This document shows positions 1 to 16,000 of a stretch of DNA of 64,000 bases, piece by piece. The translations under genes were made by a program, and so were the position numbers. Every line of letters starts with the position of its first letter. The first letter of the stretch is position 1. Under the pieces are notes generated by a model, which worked only from the letters and a program-made list of their open reading frames with translations, did not search any database and was not told the origin of the DNA. Origin of the DNA: Trichoplax adhaerens (lineage: Eukaryota; Animalia; Placozoa); assembly GCF_000150275.1 (NCBI RefSeq), contig NW_002060948.1:5914659-5978658 (forward strand), given 5' to 3'.

Positions 1-4525
<4,525 letters not shown>

Positions 4526-5482
4526 ACTGCATTGCAGGTGGTTCTTGATGAGCTTGCTATCCGTTGAAAGATAGTATACTATCATAGACTAGAGTGTAAT
4601 TGCATAGTAAATGCCCTTTGTCCATTACGGATTTCTATACAAGTAGCCATGAGCAAGTGGGAACGGATCGCTTCCTCGATACCGTACTGGCTATCAAACT
4701 GCAACCTTTACAATTCATGACGGTATGCTATACTGTATGCTGTACAATATGACCTATATTATACACAATATAGCACACTCTTATAGGCGTAGTGTTTGTT
4801 GGTTACCGTTACTACCGAGGATCCACATAGCTCGGCTATGGCCATTCGTTGCTCGAAGCAGCCTCCGCTCGGAAAGAGGTCTAAATTAACCTATGTAGAT
4901 ATCCTGTAAACGATTTATTGACCTAGCAAAGAAGATATTAGGTAGTTGAATAAGATTATCACGTTCTGCAGCACTTTCTGTACAAGTGGTTACTTCCTCG
5001 CGATCATTTTAGACTCTAAAGTTGGCAAAATCAACGGAAATACAAGAAAAATAAATACAATAAGGTAGCTAGCTGTTGCAGCCATGCAATGTTTTGTAGT
5101 ACTATATTTGCAACGCAAACTATTCGCACATTACATATTACATTGCACATCTTATTAGAAAAGAAAGAATTGCGACGTTGCATCCTTAGACTGAGCTAAT
5201 AACGACTAAATTATAGCATAAAGTGATGTATGAATTACTGTAAAATCAATAGCAATACCTTATGTAATCGAAATCTACAGACTACAACTCAATCTAAAAA
5301 CGGATTGCTGAATTTATTTAAGATGCAAACAAAAATCAAGCTGCATTCGTCGCCATAATTGGTTTTAATCTTTGGCGTTAGCTATCGAAACTTATTTCTA
5401 TGGGGTATTGTTACGTCCTGAAAAATTAATATTGGCAAAGCTTTCATTTATATCAAAAAGGATAAAGTAGTTGACCGTAATC
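4526..5482. promoter_or_regulatory. Intergenic region between divergently transcribed IARS2 and TEDC1-like genes (putative bidirectional promoter and 5' UTRs)
   Basis: Head-to-head arrangement with under 1 kb between start codons; positional inference only. Confidence 0.45.
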
Positions 5483-8404
5483 ATGGCTCAAATTAAACAT
5501 GCCATCGAATCATTGTGTACCGTACTCAATTTTAATCGTCAATGCGCTATCCAAGCTGAATCATTCAGACAAGCAAAATTCGACCGACATGAGCAGGTTA
5601 GTGCTCTTAAGATTTTTTTACTTTATTGATAAATAGGATTCCAGTAAATTGATTAATATAAGCTATGACCGGTGTTTGCCGCCTCTCAGACAAGGACATT
5701 CTGGCTTCTACTATTTGATTCGATATGTTACAGCAAGTACCTGCAAGTTATGCCAGAAGCTCATTTATCAGATGGTATATAATACAATCGTACAACTCAT
5801 AGAACGTCCGATAATTATAATTTATCCACTTGCTTACTAATTGTAGATGTAATCAATTATAACCTACTTTTCATCAACTTCTGTATTCGCCTACACTCTA
5901 AATTTTTTAATTATCGTTTTCTAAAATCGACATTTTAATACGATATTACGAGTATTAATAAACATGACTAGTATTAACTATGTAGCTAATTAGTCTACTG
6001 TAGTTCCATATTCTATTGCTCAATGTTAGATACTATTTACAAATTTAGTTTTGAGTTGTTACAAACTCGATTTAACAGTATCATCAAATCTACTCGAATA
6101 CCCTAATACAAAGAATATAACTTTCTAGACGTAACATTAAAATATTTCTATGATTTGTAATTTTTATAGTAACTTTGAACCTTTTTGAATGTAAACACTT
6201 TTTACCCATTTCAGAACAGATTGTTGTATATGTAAAGCACTACTTATATAGCTTTGGATATGGAGTTGCAAGCTTCTATCAATTGCCAAATAATATGAGC
6301 TATGGGAGTCGGTACGTAAATAATAAATTTACATTGATACTAGTGTGACTATGTTCAGTAGGGAAATATTGTCGATCTTGTCTTAAAATATAAGCATTAT
6401 CTTATTTTTGTTATCTCTGTTACATTCTCATATGCCTACATATACTCTATTAGAGAATTGCTACTAGCCTTCTCTTGGTTACTGGCAAAACGAAATATCA
6501 TTGAGAGCTACATCCATAATATTGAGGATATTTTGTCTATTAGAGTTATCGATGAGGTATACCTAACGCGTGTAAATGACAAATAAGTGTAAATGGAGCT
6601 TCAAAAATAATTTGTAAAATTTGGACAGCAACGTATTTATCCAAGGTTACAGATATGATATTATAGATTAAAGCTATGTTTCAAAATGAGATCTATTAAT
6701 CTTAATAGAAGGGCTGCTTACAGGAGAAATCATCCGATAAAAATTCTTCAAGAGTCGAATATCCAACGCTATCAGTCGACAATGACAGCGATAATGTAAA
6801 ATAAATGTTTATTTAAAGATTCAACTCCTATTGCATTTTCTATCATGGCTCCATACTGTACGCTTAAAACTTTAAATAATCCATTTCAAGATTATCGATC
6901 GTGCAAAGAATCTGCTTTGGCAGTATGGGAGGCTAAATCATAAATTAAAGACCTTACTAAGTAGTGAGAAAGAACAAATTCGTATCATGCATAAGGTAAT
7001 TTATTAAGAGTATCTCCTATTTTCGTTGGCAATATTCACTAATCTAATATTTGGATTTATAAGGAAGGTTTGCTTTAAAACATAGCTAATACAGCATAAT
7101 TCTACAATAGCTTCACATTGGTACGTGGGATACTCAATCTGCTGTGCTGCCTGATTGTAGCCATTTATCCAGTCTAGAGTGCTATTTATTAGCAAATCCA
7201 AAGGATTTTCAAAAGGTTTGATAGTGACAAGTTACCGATCAGTTGTATTGTTAGGACCTTACAAGTTGTAACCCTCTAGGAAGTTATAAGTTTTAATTTT
7301 GGAGGATACATTTCAAAAAAATCTATTCGTTTACCTGATTTATAATTCCTCTAGTTTTAGCGTAATGCCTTTGGTCTTAAAGTCAGTTTTTAATGATATT
7401 GCGATAGTAGTATGTCTGTCTAATTCGAGATCTATCTCTATAGTTACAGGGATTACTCGATCAGAGGATAACTTATCTATCTGCATTGGCAAGTTGGATA
7501 GGGGAAAAAGATTTATTTTGGAAATGGATGGTAAGATTACCGCTCTAAAATCCTTAAACAGGATTGCTACGATTAATTTGCTTGTTTTTAATTGGTTATA
7601 GGAAAGTGTACTTGAAGAGAAATTCAAAGATTCATCAACTAATGATCTCAGTGAGGTCAAAAAGCCACAGAAAGAATCCACGTATCCTTAAATACTGTTG
7701 ATGTTTTACATAAATTAATTTATTGAATCTACTTGCATTATCTAAGTGCTCATTACGTAATGGTATAGGAAAGAATCACAATTAACAGATTCGATCGCTG
7801 TTGCATAAACCTGGCTGCTGTTATCTTTAACCAAATTTTCTATCAAAATCAGTATTACGAAAGATTTAGTAGCTATTAACAAATTATTATTGGAAAAGAT
7901 TGAAAACAATACCCAATATTTGAGTAGAATTTCCGTTTCAGACGATCCGGAAAAATCTTCTAGATACGCTCAATTACGATCAGCGATGGCATCTCGCTAC
8001 TGTCAATCAACTAATCAAATGAAAGGTAACCGAAAGCCATACTTGAATATTGTGCGATGTTAATTTCAGTAGTTGTGCGTTTATTCTCATTTGCGTGGAT
8101 TTTAATGAACTACCCTCAATATTTTATTCTACCATGAGTAGTGCATTCCGATGTAAATAAGCAAGCAAATCAATATATATTAATCAAGAAATCTCAAAAG
8201 AACGTGAACCATTTGAGTAATCCTGAGGAAACTATGAAGTATCCTATTGCTGATGTAATAGAACAATTGAATGAAGCTACTAACCAATTAAAAACGAATT
8301 TAATGATAGCTAGAGAAAAATATAAAATTTTAATGGATGACCTGTTAAGTAATTCTACTGGTATCTTACGATTAGATCAAGCTAGAAGTAAGAGAAAACT
8401 ATAA
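5483..8404 (+). CDS. TEDC1: Tubulin epsilon and delta complex protein 1-like (C14orf80/TEDC1), multi-exon
   Basis: Exon 1 reads MAQIKHAIESL...AESFRQAKFDRHEQ and later exons read VKHYLYSFGY..FYQLPNNMSYGSR/ELLLAFSWLL. These match the TEDC1 motifs I recall (E.FRRAKFDR, GSRELLLALSWLL). A coiled-coil last exon ends at TAA 8404. Internal exon boundaries are approximate. Confidence 0.8.
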
Positions 8405-8520
8405 TGTCATCATATAGCTACAAATTTTTATAATATCAAGATACTTGATGACGATAAATTTATTGAAGGAGGAATGATTATCAAGGATAAATCCACCTAC
8501 TGTNNATATGTAACTAATTT

Positions 8521-8572
8521 NANNNNNNNNNNNNNNNNNNNNNNNNNNNNNNNNNNNNNNNNNNNNNNNNNN
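8521..8572. other. Assembly gap (N run)
   Basis: Run of N, with isolated Ns at 8504-8505. Confidence 1.
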
Positions 8573-9234
8573 CATCTCTTTATTCGCGCTTTTTCACGCT
8601 ACTTTCAATGTCTAATTTCTTCCTACTCATTCTGATTCTTTACCATTTAAAGGCTAACTACTATACGATGAGATACTTTTTGGCTGATTTAGTTAGTCAG
8701 CCAGTCAATGTTGTTAGAGTTATAATATTAAAATCATTCGAAAACAGAGTCTTAAGAATAGTCTCAAAGAAGGAATCCAGTAGCGAATACAAGTCGTATA
8801 TTTTGCAAAGAATGGCCAATGAATTGAATTCTACAACATGGTGTAATTCAATGCGGGCGTATCCATCACTCCCTCAGTTTATTCTATCGAAAAAATACGC
8901 GCAATCCTTCAGTGTGTGCCACCCAAATTCGATTGGATTGGACAAGGTATAATTTCTAGCCTGGAGCATCTTATCCAATGTAGTCCATTGGATAAGATAC
9001 AGAAATGGAAAAAATTCGGATTATCCTAAAGCTTGATGAACTCCAGTGAAAATTTCTTTGACACGAAGAGAGTAAAACTGCATGTAGTGTACTGTAGACT
9101 CGTACAGTACGTTGGTACGGACAGTGAAATAAATGATAAGGTAGTCCAGTATAGAGATTTATATTGACCGTGTCCGTTAAATAGGAACTTTCTTCTTCAG
9201 TCTTGGGTGAACGAGGAGGGTACGGTACAGTACC

Positions 9235-10330
9235 CATTGGAATCGATACGCAAGATAAGGGGCTGACGCCTGACCACAAACACTTCACAACAGTCTATTA
9301 TTATCATGCAGGTCAGAGAGAAATGTCATTGACGTCCGATAGGTGACACACAACGATACGCTGACTTGGATGAGTGACCAATCCACTTCAACTCGAAAAT
9401 GTGACTCTCTATTGGACAGTACTTACAGTCTATACAGGGCGAGTATCAAGACCTTCCCATAGGCCTGACCACGAACACTTCACTACAGTCTATTATTATC
9501 ATGCAGGTCAGAGAGAAATGTCATTGACGTCCGATAGGTGTCATTGGAATCGATACGCAAGATAAGGGGCTGACACCTGACCACAAACACTTCACTACAG
9601 TCTATTATTATCATGCAGGTCAGAGAGAAATGTCATTGAGGTCCGATAGGTGACACACAACGATACGCTGACTTGGATGAGTGACCAGTCCACTTCAACT
9701 CGAAAATGTGACTCTCTATTGGACAGTACGTACAGTCTATACAGGGCGAGTATCAAGACCTTCCCATAGGCCTGACCACGAACACTTCACTACAGTCTAT
9801 TATTATCATGCAGGTCAGAGAGAAATGTCATTGATGTCCGATAGGTGACACACAACGATACGCTGACTTGGATGTGTGACCAGTCCACTTCAATTCGAAA
9901 ATGTGACTCCCTATTGGACACTGGACAGTACGTACAGTCCATACAGGGCGAGTATCAAGACCTTCCCACAGGCCTGACCACGAACACTTCACTGCAGTCT
10001 ACTATTATCATGCATAGGTAACACACAACGATACGCTGACTTGGATGAGTGACCAGTCCACTTCAACTCGAAAATGTGACTCGCTATTGGACAGTACGTA
10101 CAGTCTATACAGGGCGAGTATCAAGACCTTCCCACAGGCCTGACCACGAACACTTCACTACAGTCTATTATTATCATGCAGGTCAGAGAGAAATGTCATT
10201 GATGTCCGATAGGTGACACATAACGATACGCTGACTTGGATGTGTGACCAGTCCACTTCAACTCGAAAATGTGACTCCCTATTGGACACTGGACAGCACG
10301 TACAGTCCATACAGGGCGAGTATCAAGACC
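9235..10330 (+). repeat. Modular tandem repeat array, ~194-bp unit, about 5.5 copies with module insertions and deletions
   Basis: Module CCTGACCAC..CACTTCACTACAGTCTATTATTATCATGCAGG recurs at about 9270, 9464, 9577, 9771, 9973 and 10139. Module ACACAACGATACGCTGACTTGGATG...GAGTATCAAGACC recurs five times. Leader CATTGGAATCGATACGCAAGATAAGGGGCTGAC occurs twice. Confidence 0.95.
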
Positions 10331-10347
10331 TCACTTGGACTGGACGA

Positions 10348-10537
10348 TACTGTAATGTACTGTACAGTACAGTACTGTAATGCCGAGTCTCCTTACTGCC
10401 TTAAATGTGTACAGTACAGTATACTATATACTGTACAGTACAGTACTGTATACATGTACTGTATATGGCATACTGTACAGTACAGTATATACGTACATTG
10501 TACTGTACACTACTGTACTGTACTCCAGTACAGTGTA
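10348..10537. repeat. Low-complexity TACAG/TACTG (palindromic TACAGTACTGTA-type) simple repeat
   Basis: Dense tactgtacagta-type words; similar tracts at about 9085-9235 and 62235-62530. Confidence 0.85.
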
Positions 10538-10732
10538 TTAAGGCCGTGGATCGGTGTCAATCAGCTCAATGCTCATCGATCTTTGTTAGCCAATTGCCTG
10601 CAATTCACTGTACATTTCAAAGGCCTTTTTACCTATTTTGCTGGCTTTTACTTCATAGTGTATGTGGCAAAAGAAGTGAATTATATTAATCAGCAGATTC
10701 TAGTGATTATACGTACCATTAACGACACATTA

Positions 10733-10839
10733 ATGGCTTCCCCAAAGAAATTTACCGGTGTTTCTTCTTTGGCTCCTCCACCTATGAAATTTTTTGCAAC
10801 ATGGGAAGTCGATCGTGCTCAACCCAATTGTGTTCCAAG
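10733..10839 (+). CDS. PACS: First coding exon of phosphofurin acidic cluster sorting protein (PACS1/PACS2 family); remaining exons not found in the window
   Basis: MASPKKFTGVSSLAPPPMKFFATWEVDRAQPNCVPR followed by a phase-2 GT donor at 10840; matches the PACS motif PMxLFATWEVDRxxPxCVPR. Confidence 0.85.
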
Positions 10840-11333
10840 GTAATTACTTGCAATAACCCAGTTTCAATGGCAAATTTGTTCATTTCACTAATATGATTTA
10901 CCTATTTATTGGCCTTGACACTCTATAAACTGTAATAGGAGTGATATAGTCGTACTATCCTTCGTATTAAATTAGGACAGAAATGATTTACTACCTTCTT
11001 CAAAATGACTACAAGTAATGTGCAATCGATTGTATCAGCCATGATTTAAATGCTATAGTACAAATATTGAATTGTTGCAAAATAGCAATTTCCGAACAGA
11101 TTGCAAAAGATTTAATTAATATAGTATTGTTATTATTCAAGTTGTCTTTCACCTTGGCCTCCAATATCTTCATTATGAATCGTTAAAATGCTAATCTAGA
11201 TCACAAAATTCGTAACATAATATTATTCGATAATAATCCATCAAAGCGATTATCGTGTCTAGTGCTTACTGGATCGACATACAGTACTCGGATACTGTAA
11301 TAATAGAAAGAGAGTATTTACTCTTGCCTATGA

Positions 11334-11383
11334 NNNNNNNNNNNNNNNNNNNNNNNNNNNNNNNNNNNNNNNNNNNNNNNNNN
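11334..11383. other. Assembly gap (50 N)
   Basis: Run of N. Confidence 1.
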
Positions 11384-11385
11384 GA

Positions 11386-11857
11386 ACTATCATCGAGTTG
11401 AGGAAAGCCTACCCTTGGCAGGCTCAAGTCTGAACTTGTAGGCAACGCTTGGTTGTAGTCAATTCATCGAACCAAATGGATTGAACAACTGTAGACTGTA
11501 GAGATGATCCTTGACTAGATTCTTGTTCGAGCTCATTATTGCTCTACGATTCTGAATTCTGTAACAATAAAAAGCATTCTATTTGCTTTAGTCAATGATT
11601 TGGTAAGTATTCGATAAGATGGAATGGAACAGTTGTGAAATACATTTATTACAACAAGATTAGTCAATATCGTCATTTTTCAACTTCAGTACCAAATGAA
11701 ATCTATCCATCAAGGAATGACGCTATGATCGGCATAGGCTACAAATAACCATTGCTTCAATCCATAAATTAAACTCATAATAAGTAAGATGAATTATGAA
11801 CGAGTAAACTGCTCGGTCAATGACCGGGTGTTGGGCGTTATGAAGTGGGTGAAAATG
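11386..11857 (+). repeat. Interspersed repeat, copy 1; near-identical to 63530-64000
   Basis: ACTATCATCGAGTTGAGGAAAGCC...GGCGTTATGAAGTGGG. Only three 1-nt indels were seen relative to the copy at the window end. Confidence 0.95.
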
Positions 11858-11915
11858 CTTCGCGAAGTACGAGACTGCAAGCGAGCTGTTGGCGGTTTTC
11901 CGCTAAGTGATGGCC

Positions 11916-12066
11916 AGCTTGGCGTTCGCGATGTTGTTTTAATCTCCTATATCTTGAAGTTTGCGATGAACGACGGACAGTGAGCTTGGCGTTCGCGATG
12001 TTGTTTTAATCTCCTATATCTTGGAGTTTGCGATGAACGACGGACAGTGAGCTTTGCGTTGGCGAT
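11916..12066 (+). repeat. 67-bp tandem repeat, 2 full copies plus a partial
   Basis: AGCTTGGCGTTCGCGATGTTGTTTTAATCTCC...GACGGACAGTG begins at 11916 and 11983; a partial copy begins at 12050. Confidence 0.9.
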
Positions 12067-12469
12067 GGAATTGTTTTCTTTTCTGACCATGCCTTTTCCG
12101 TATTCTCCATCTTAATCGATAAATACAATAATAATTATGATCGATTTATTTCGACTCGACTATAACATTCAACATTATATTATCAACAACGCTGTTATGG
12201 ACTAGAATACTGTATAGTTTTGACATTACAAGTCAGTTGTATTTTCTACATTGCACGCGGGCATTGTACTGTATACGTTGGCCGTTTGGCATATACTGTC
12301 CAGCAGAAAGTCTTTTATAGTTAGTTATTTTTCCTATTACAGTAGCCTACAACGACCAGATGCCATTAAAATGCAAATAGACTATTTTTCTTATTCAGCT
12401 TCTTTTGAGCGTTAGATGTCAATGAAATTTTTCTCCATTTCCTTTTCTAATTTATGACCAGTATGGGGT

Positions 12470-14130
12470 AAGAGCTGAGACCTAAGCTACCCTTGGTTGT
12501 CTACCCTCATCTTGGGCCAAGCAAAAGTAAGAGACTGCAGCCTGCTTAAAACTATTGCTAACAGCTCCAACCCATTCACTAATAAAACCGCGATTTTTTC
12601 GCCAAGATGTAACATCCTTGACACCATTATTTCCATTAGGACAAGTGTTTTAATCTTTCAATTTACCCTTGGAATCTCTATCTCCCTATAGAATTTATTT
12701 TTTTTTACACCAAGTTTTGAGTGTAAAATATTATATTTCATGCAACTTGGATTTTTGATAATAAAATGTTGAGGATTGCGGATACTTTTACTCCTTATTA
12801 TATACTTAATTATACCTATTAAAATCAAAATTTTTAACAATTATTTTATGGAATATATCTTGGGAAATATGAAATGATCATGAGTCTGGGGCATAGAAGT
12901 GAAGTAAGCTTTATGTACAATCCAGTTGTATCAAATTCATATCCATTGCATTATTTTATCTTCCAGAACAAGTGGCATTGAAAGTAAAACAAATGTCCTT
13001 TTTAAGGTTAAGGACCTGTAGTGATTTCAGCTGATTACAGCAGTTTTTAGGCTAACAACCCGTACACTACAGGACCGTGCCTTACGTCCAATTATATAAT
13101 AGCTGGCGAGCAGCCAGCTACTAAGGATTGGTAATGAAATTACTCTACCATGTTTAAAAATGAGTTTTCGTTTGAATTTATTATGTGATGACGATTCACG
13201 ACTCAATACTCTAAACCAAGACTGCGGCAAATAATTTCATCTATACAATTGTTAGTGACGCGTGCAAGGCACTTAATTTTCACATAGAAAGGGTAGTCGC
13301 ACGATAAACTATAATTAGTTTCTTTTATACGTAATTCAATAGCTAAACAAGTTAAACATCTTAGGTTCGGTTAAAACAGTACGAGTAATCTTGCATCATC
13401 TTCATGGCTATTATACAAGGCTCAAATAAACTTGAAGAAAAATAGGAGAATAAACATAGGTCAACTGCTTACGTCCTCCAGGCACTATCAAGTGCCACAA
13501 TTAAACCGAAAAGTTGTATTAAAATTACTTTTGGCCGATCATTAGTTATAGTTCATTCCACTTATGTCTTTTAGTAATCGCTGAATAATAATCAATATAA
13601 ATATATGTTTAATTAAAATACCTCAGTACAATACTCTACTTTGTACTAGTAAAATTTACACTTGCATAAAAGAAATTCTCGCTTTGCTTAAGGGCAGGTA
13701 CACTTACCGGTCGAGTTGAAACATTGGTGTCGCAGGCTAATATCCTTATTGGTATCCTGCAATACATTATACAACTGTGCATGCAGTAATACAAGAAAAA
13801 CAGGTAAAGGGCATCAACTATGCCAGTGCCACTACAAGCAAATACCATGAAACTTTTTGTTAATTGAAAGGTGGGATGCAGTGTCAAAACTCAAACGAGT
13901 CATCCGAAGACTAAATATTTCATTCTTGCTAATGCTACGCCGTAAAGAACTAATCCAACAATAAACGTTATAGTGGTTAGAAGCGAAATCACCAGACGTG
14001 ACTTTGCCTATCACAAGCAGTATAATCAATAGTTTTAAGAATTCAAAAGCAGAAAAATAAATAGTTTTAAGAAATTCAAAAGCAAACAAATAAATACTTT
14101 CGATTTTGAGCTAGCTAAACTTAATGAGAT
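12470..14130. repeat. Older segmental duplication, paralogous to about 16950-18790
   Basis: Collinear shared words, e.g. AACATCCTTGACAC (12611/17086), AGAAAGGGTAGTC (13287/17699), CTATCAAGTG (13484/18216) and GGTACACTTACCGGTCGA (13697/18384). Confidence 0.8.
13500..14010 (-). pseudogene. Decayed MS4A-like copy (exons 3-4 only)
   Basis: Reads GTGIVDALYLFFLYYCMHSCIMYCRIP...STRP|gtaagt, paralogous to 18395-18694. The upstream part of the exon carries frameshifts and stops. Confidence 0.8.
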
Positions 14131-14379
14131 TTAATGCTATCATTGTTCAACGACCAAACGACGACCGGCTAAAAATATAAAAATTGCATATATTCAGTGA
14201 TATGTCGCCAGCGTCTAACGATCAAATGCCACTGGTCGTTCTCTTACAGGTTTTGTACAGAAAGGGCATTACTTGTAGCAGTGAAACGCCAATCACGTAA
14301 AAGTAGCTTAAATTGTAAGGTCAGTTCTAAATTTTCGTGTCAACTATTCATAATTCGCAATTCTACTGAAAGTGTCATA

Positions 14380-14900
14380 ACAAAAATCTCACAGTACTCA
14401 TATGCTTAACATAATCTATCTATGTCGCGAAGCCTTATTTAATAAAATGCCTTCTCAAAAATTGAACTAGAACTACAGTTTCTCGTCAACTTCACTTTAT
14501 TACATTAGATTAGGTTCGTCTTACACTTCTAATTAAAGCGTCACAATACAAATCTCACAGTACTAACATACTTAGGGTAATTCATTATTATCTCAGAATC
14601 TTAATTTAATAAGCATCTCAATACGATTATTGCTACAATACGTACTGTAAACATCTTCCGCAATTAGACACTTAGGCAATCTTACAATCTAGCATATAAT
14701 TTCTCTATTTACGTACAATGCTATAATCTTAATCTTATTTAGGACTGCACTACACCTTAATATAAAAATCTCAATACCATTGCCACAGTACGCAATGTAA
14801 TCATTTCTACAAGTAGACATTTATATACAATTTCACAATCTGACACATTCAATTATTTTTATTTTCGTGGAATCCTATAATTGTAATCTTAAGCTACATT
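14380..14900. repeat. Degenerate tandem repeats (about 150-170-bp period)
   Basis: AAATCTCACAGTACT at about 14384 and 14550; ATCTCAATAC...TAGACA..CAAT..CACAATCT-type blocks at about 14615 and 14768. Confidence 0.55.
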
Positions 14901-15329
14901 GAAGCTGCGTCACAATCCGCTATTAATGAGATGTAATTCAGTAAAGATTTTATAAAAATCCCAACGTAATTACAAAGAGCTATAAAAAGTTAATCATGGT
15001 AAATTACTGCGTTGCTACAGAAGAAGTTGCAATTCTAAAAGGTTCGTAAATCGTAACCTTTAATCAAGATAGAAACAGCGACTGGGGGCTATAGACAGAT
15101 ACGTCTGGTTGCCTCTTGAGAACATCGCTCCCTCGGTCAAGTTGAAATTTTCTTTACGGTACAAGGAGAACAAAACAGATAAACGAATTTTGAATAAGCT
15201 GGTATAGATTTGCCTAATAAACAATTGGGATATCCAAACGTTAGTATCTATAGTTCATTATGTGCGAATAGAACTAGACAGATCTGGCTGGAGAACCTTT
15301 ACTGTATTAGTTGTGAAACTTCAATAGTA

Positions 15330-16000
15330 GTATACCCTCATAACGGAGCGTTCTTGGTAATATCCTCTTAAGTGGAAGACATTTAAAATAAAACGAAGCA
15401 ATTATGTCAGTACCAAAGTAGGCCACAATCAGTAATCTCTTCAATCGTTTGAAGAGAGAGATATGTTGCGGAATTTCTAGTCCAAATCTAAAGACTTTGA
15501 ATATCGTGTCTGTAAATGTAGTACCATAAAGCATAAATCCAAAAATAACTGTAATAACACTTATTAGAACTGAAGGCCAGATGGGCTATTGCCTACCGCA
15601 AGCAGTATAATTATTATTTTAAGGATTCAAAATATAGAAGTAGATGCTTTTGATCTTAAATCAGCTTTGCTAAATGCTTTTGCTCTATTTAAAGTCTAAA
15701 CGTATTTAGATCTTACAATTATACTACATAATAACTCCTATCAAATCGTTTATTGTCGTGTATGCAAGTATAAATGCCATGACAATAAGGCATTAAGCGC
15801 CCTTTGAAGGATATTTCTTCGATTTTGGGCAGTACCTTAGCTCTAATTTCGTAAAGATATGACATGTATAGGATCCGGTTAATGACAAACAAATTAAAAT
15901 CATATTAAAATTATAATCTTTGACTACTTTTCTTACCGGGCGTGCCTATATTTACCTCTTTTACATACAATTCCTAAAATGCTGGTAATAATTATATATA
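15330..16000 (-). pseudogene. Second decayed MS4A-like copy (exon 2 and a degenerate exon 3)
   Basis: IITSILGIVCKRGKYRHAR with a GTAAG donor at about 15936. The next exon starts ag|GCAATAGCCCATCTG (AIAHL) at about 15593 and has a frameshift. Confidence 0.7.

Noticed and set aside
7340-7681. Minus-strand 113-aa ORF
   Set aside because: It is antisense to TEDC1-like exons.
8608-9288. ORFs 8608-8952 (+) and 8971-9288 (-)
   Set aside because: No recognisable motifs or convincing exon structure; they lie between a gap and a repeat array.
9235-10330. CRISPR-like array
   Set aside because: The sequences between repeats are themselves repeated, so there are no unique spacers. Units are about 194 bp, no cas genes are present, and the context is eukaryotic.
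10244-10732. 199-aa and 94-aa ORFs rich in Y/C/T/V
   Set aside because: They are translations of the tandem array and TACAG simple repeat; only the last 36 codons (PACS exon) look coding.
11400-12120. Helitron-like coding remnant (basic repeat peptide, CxxC) on the minus strand
   Set aside because: Only a vague resemblance, with many stops and no Rep or helicase motifs visible.
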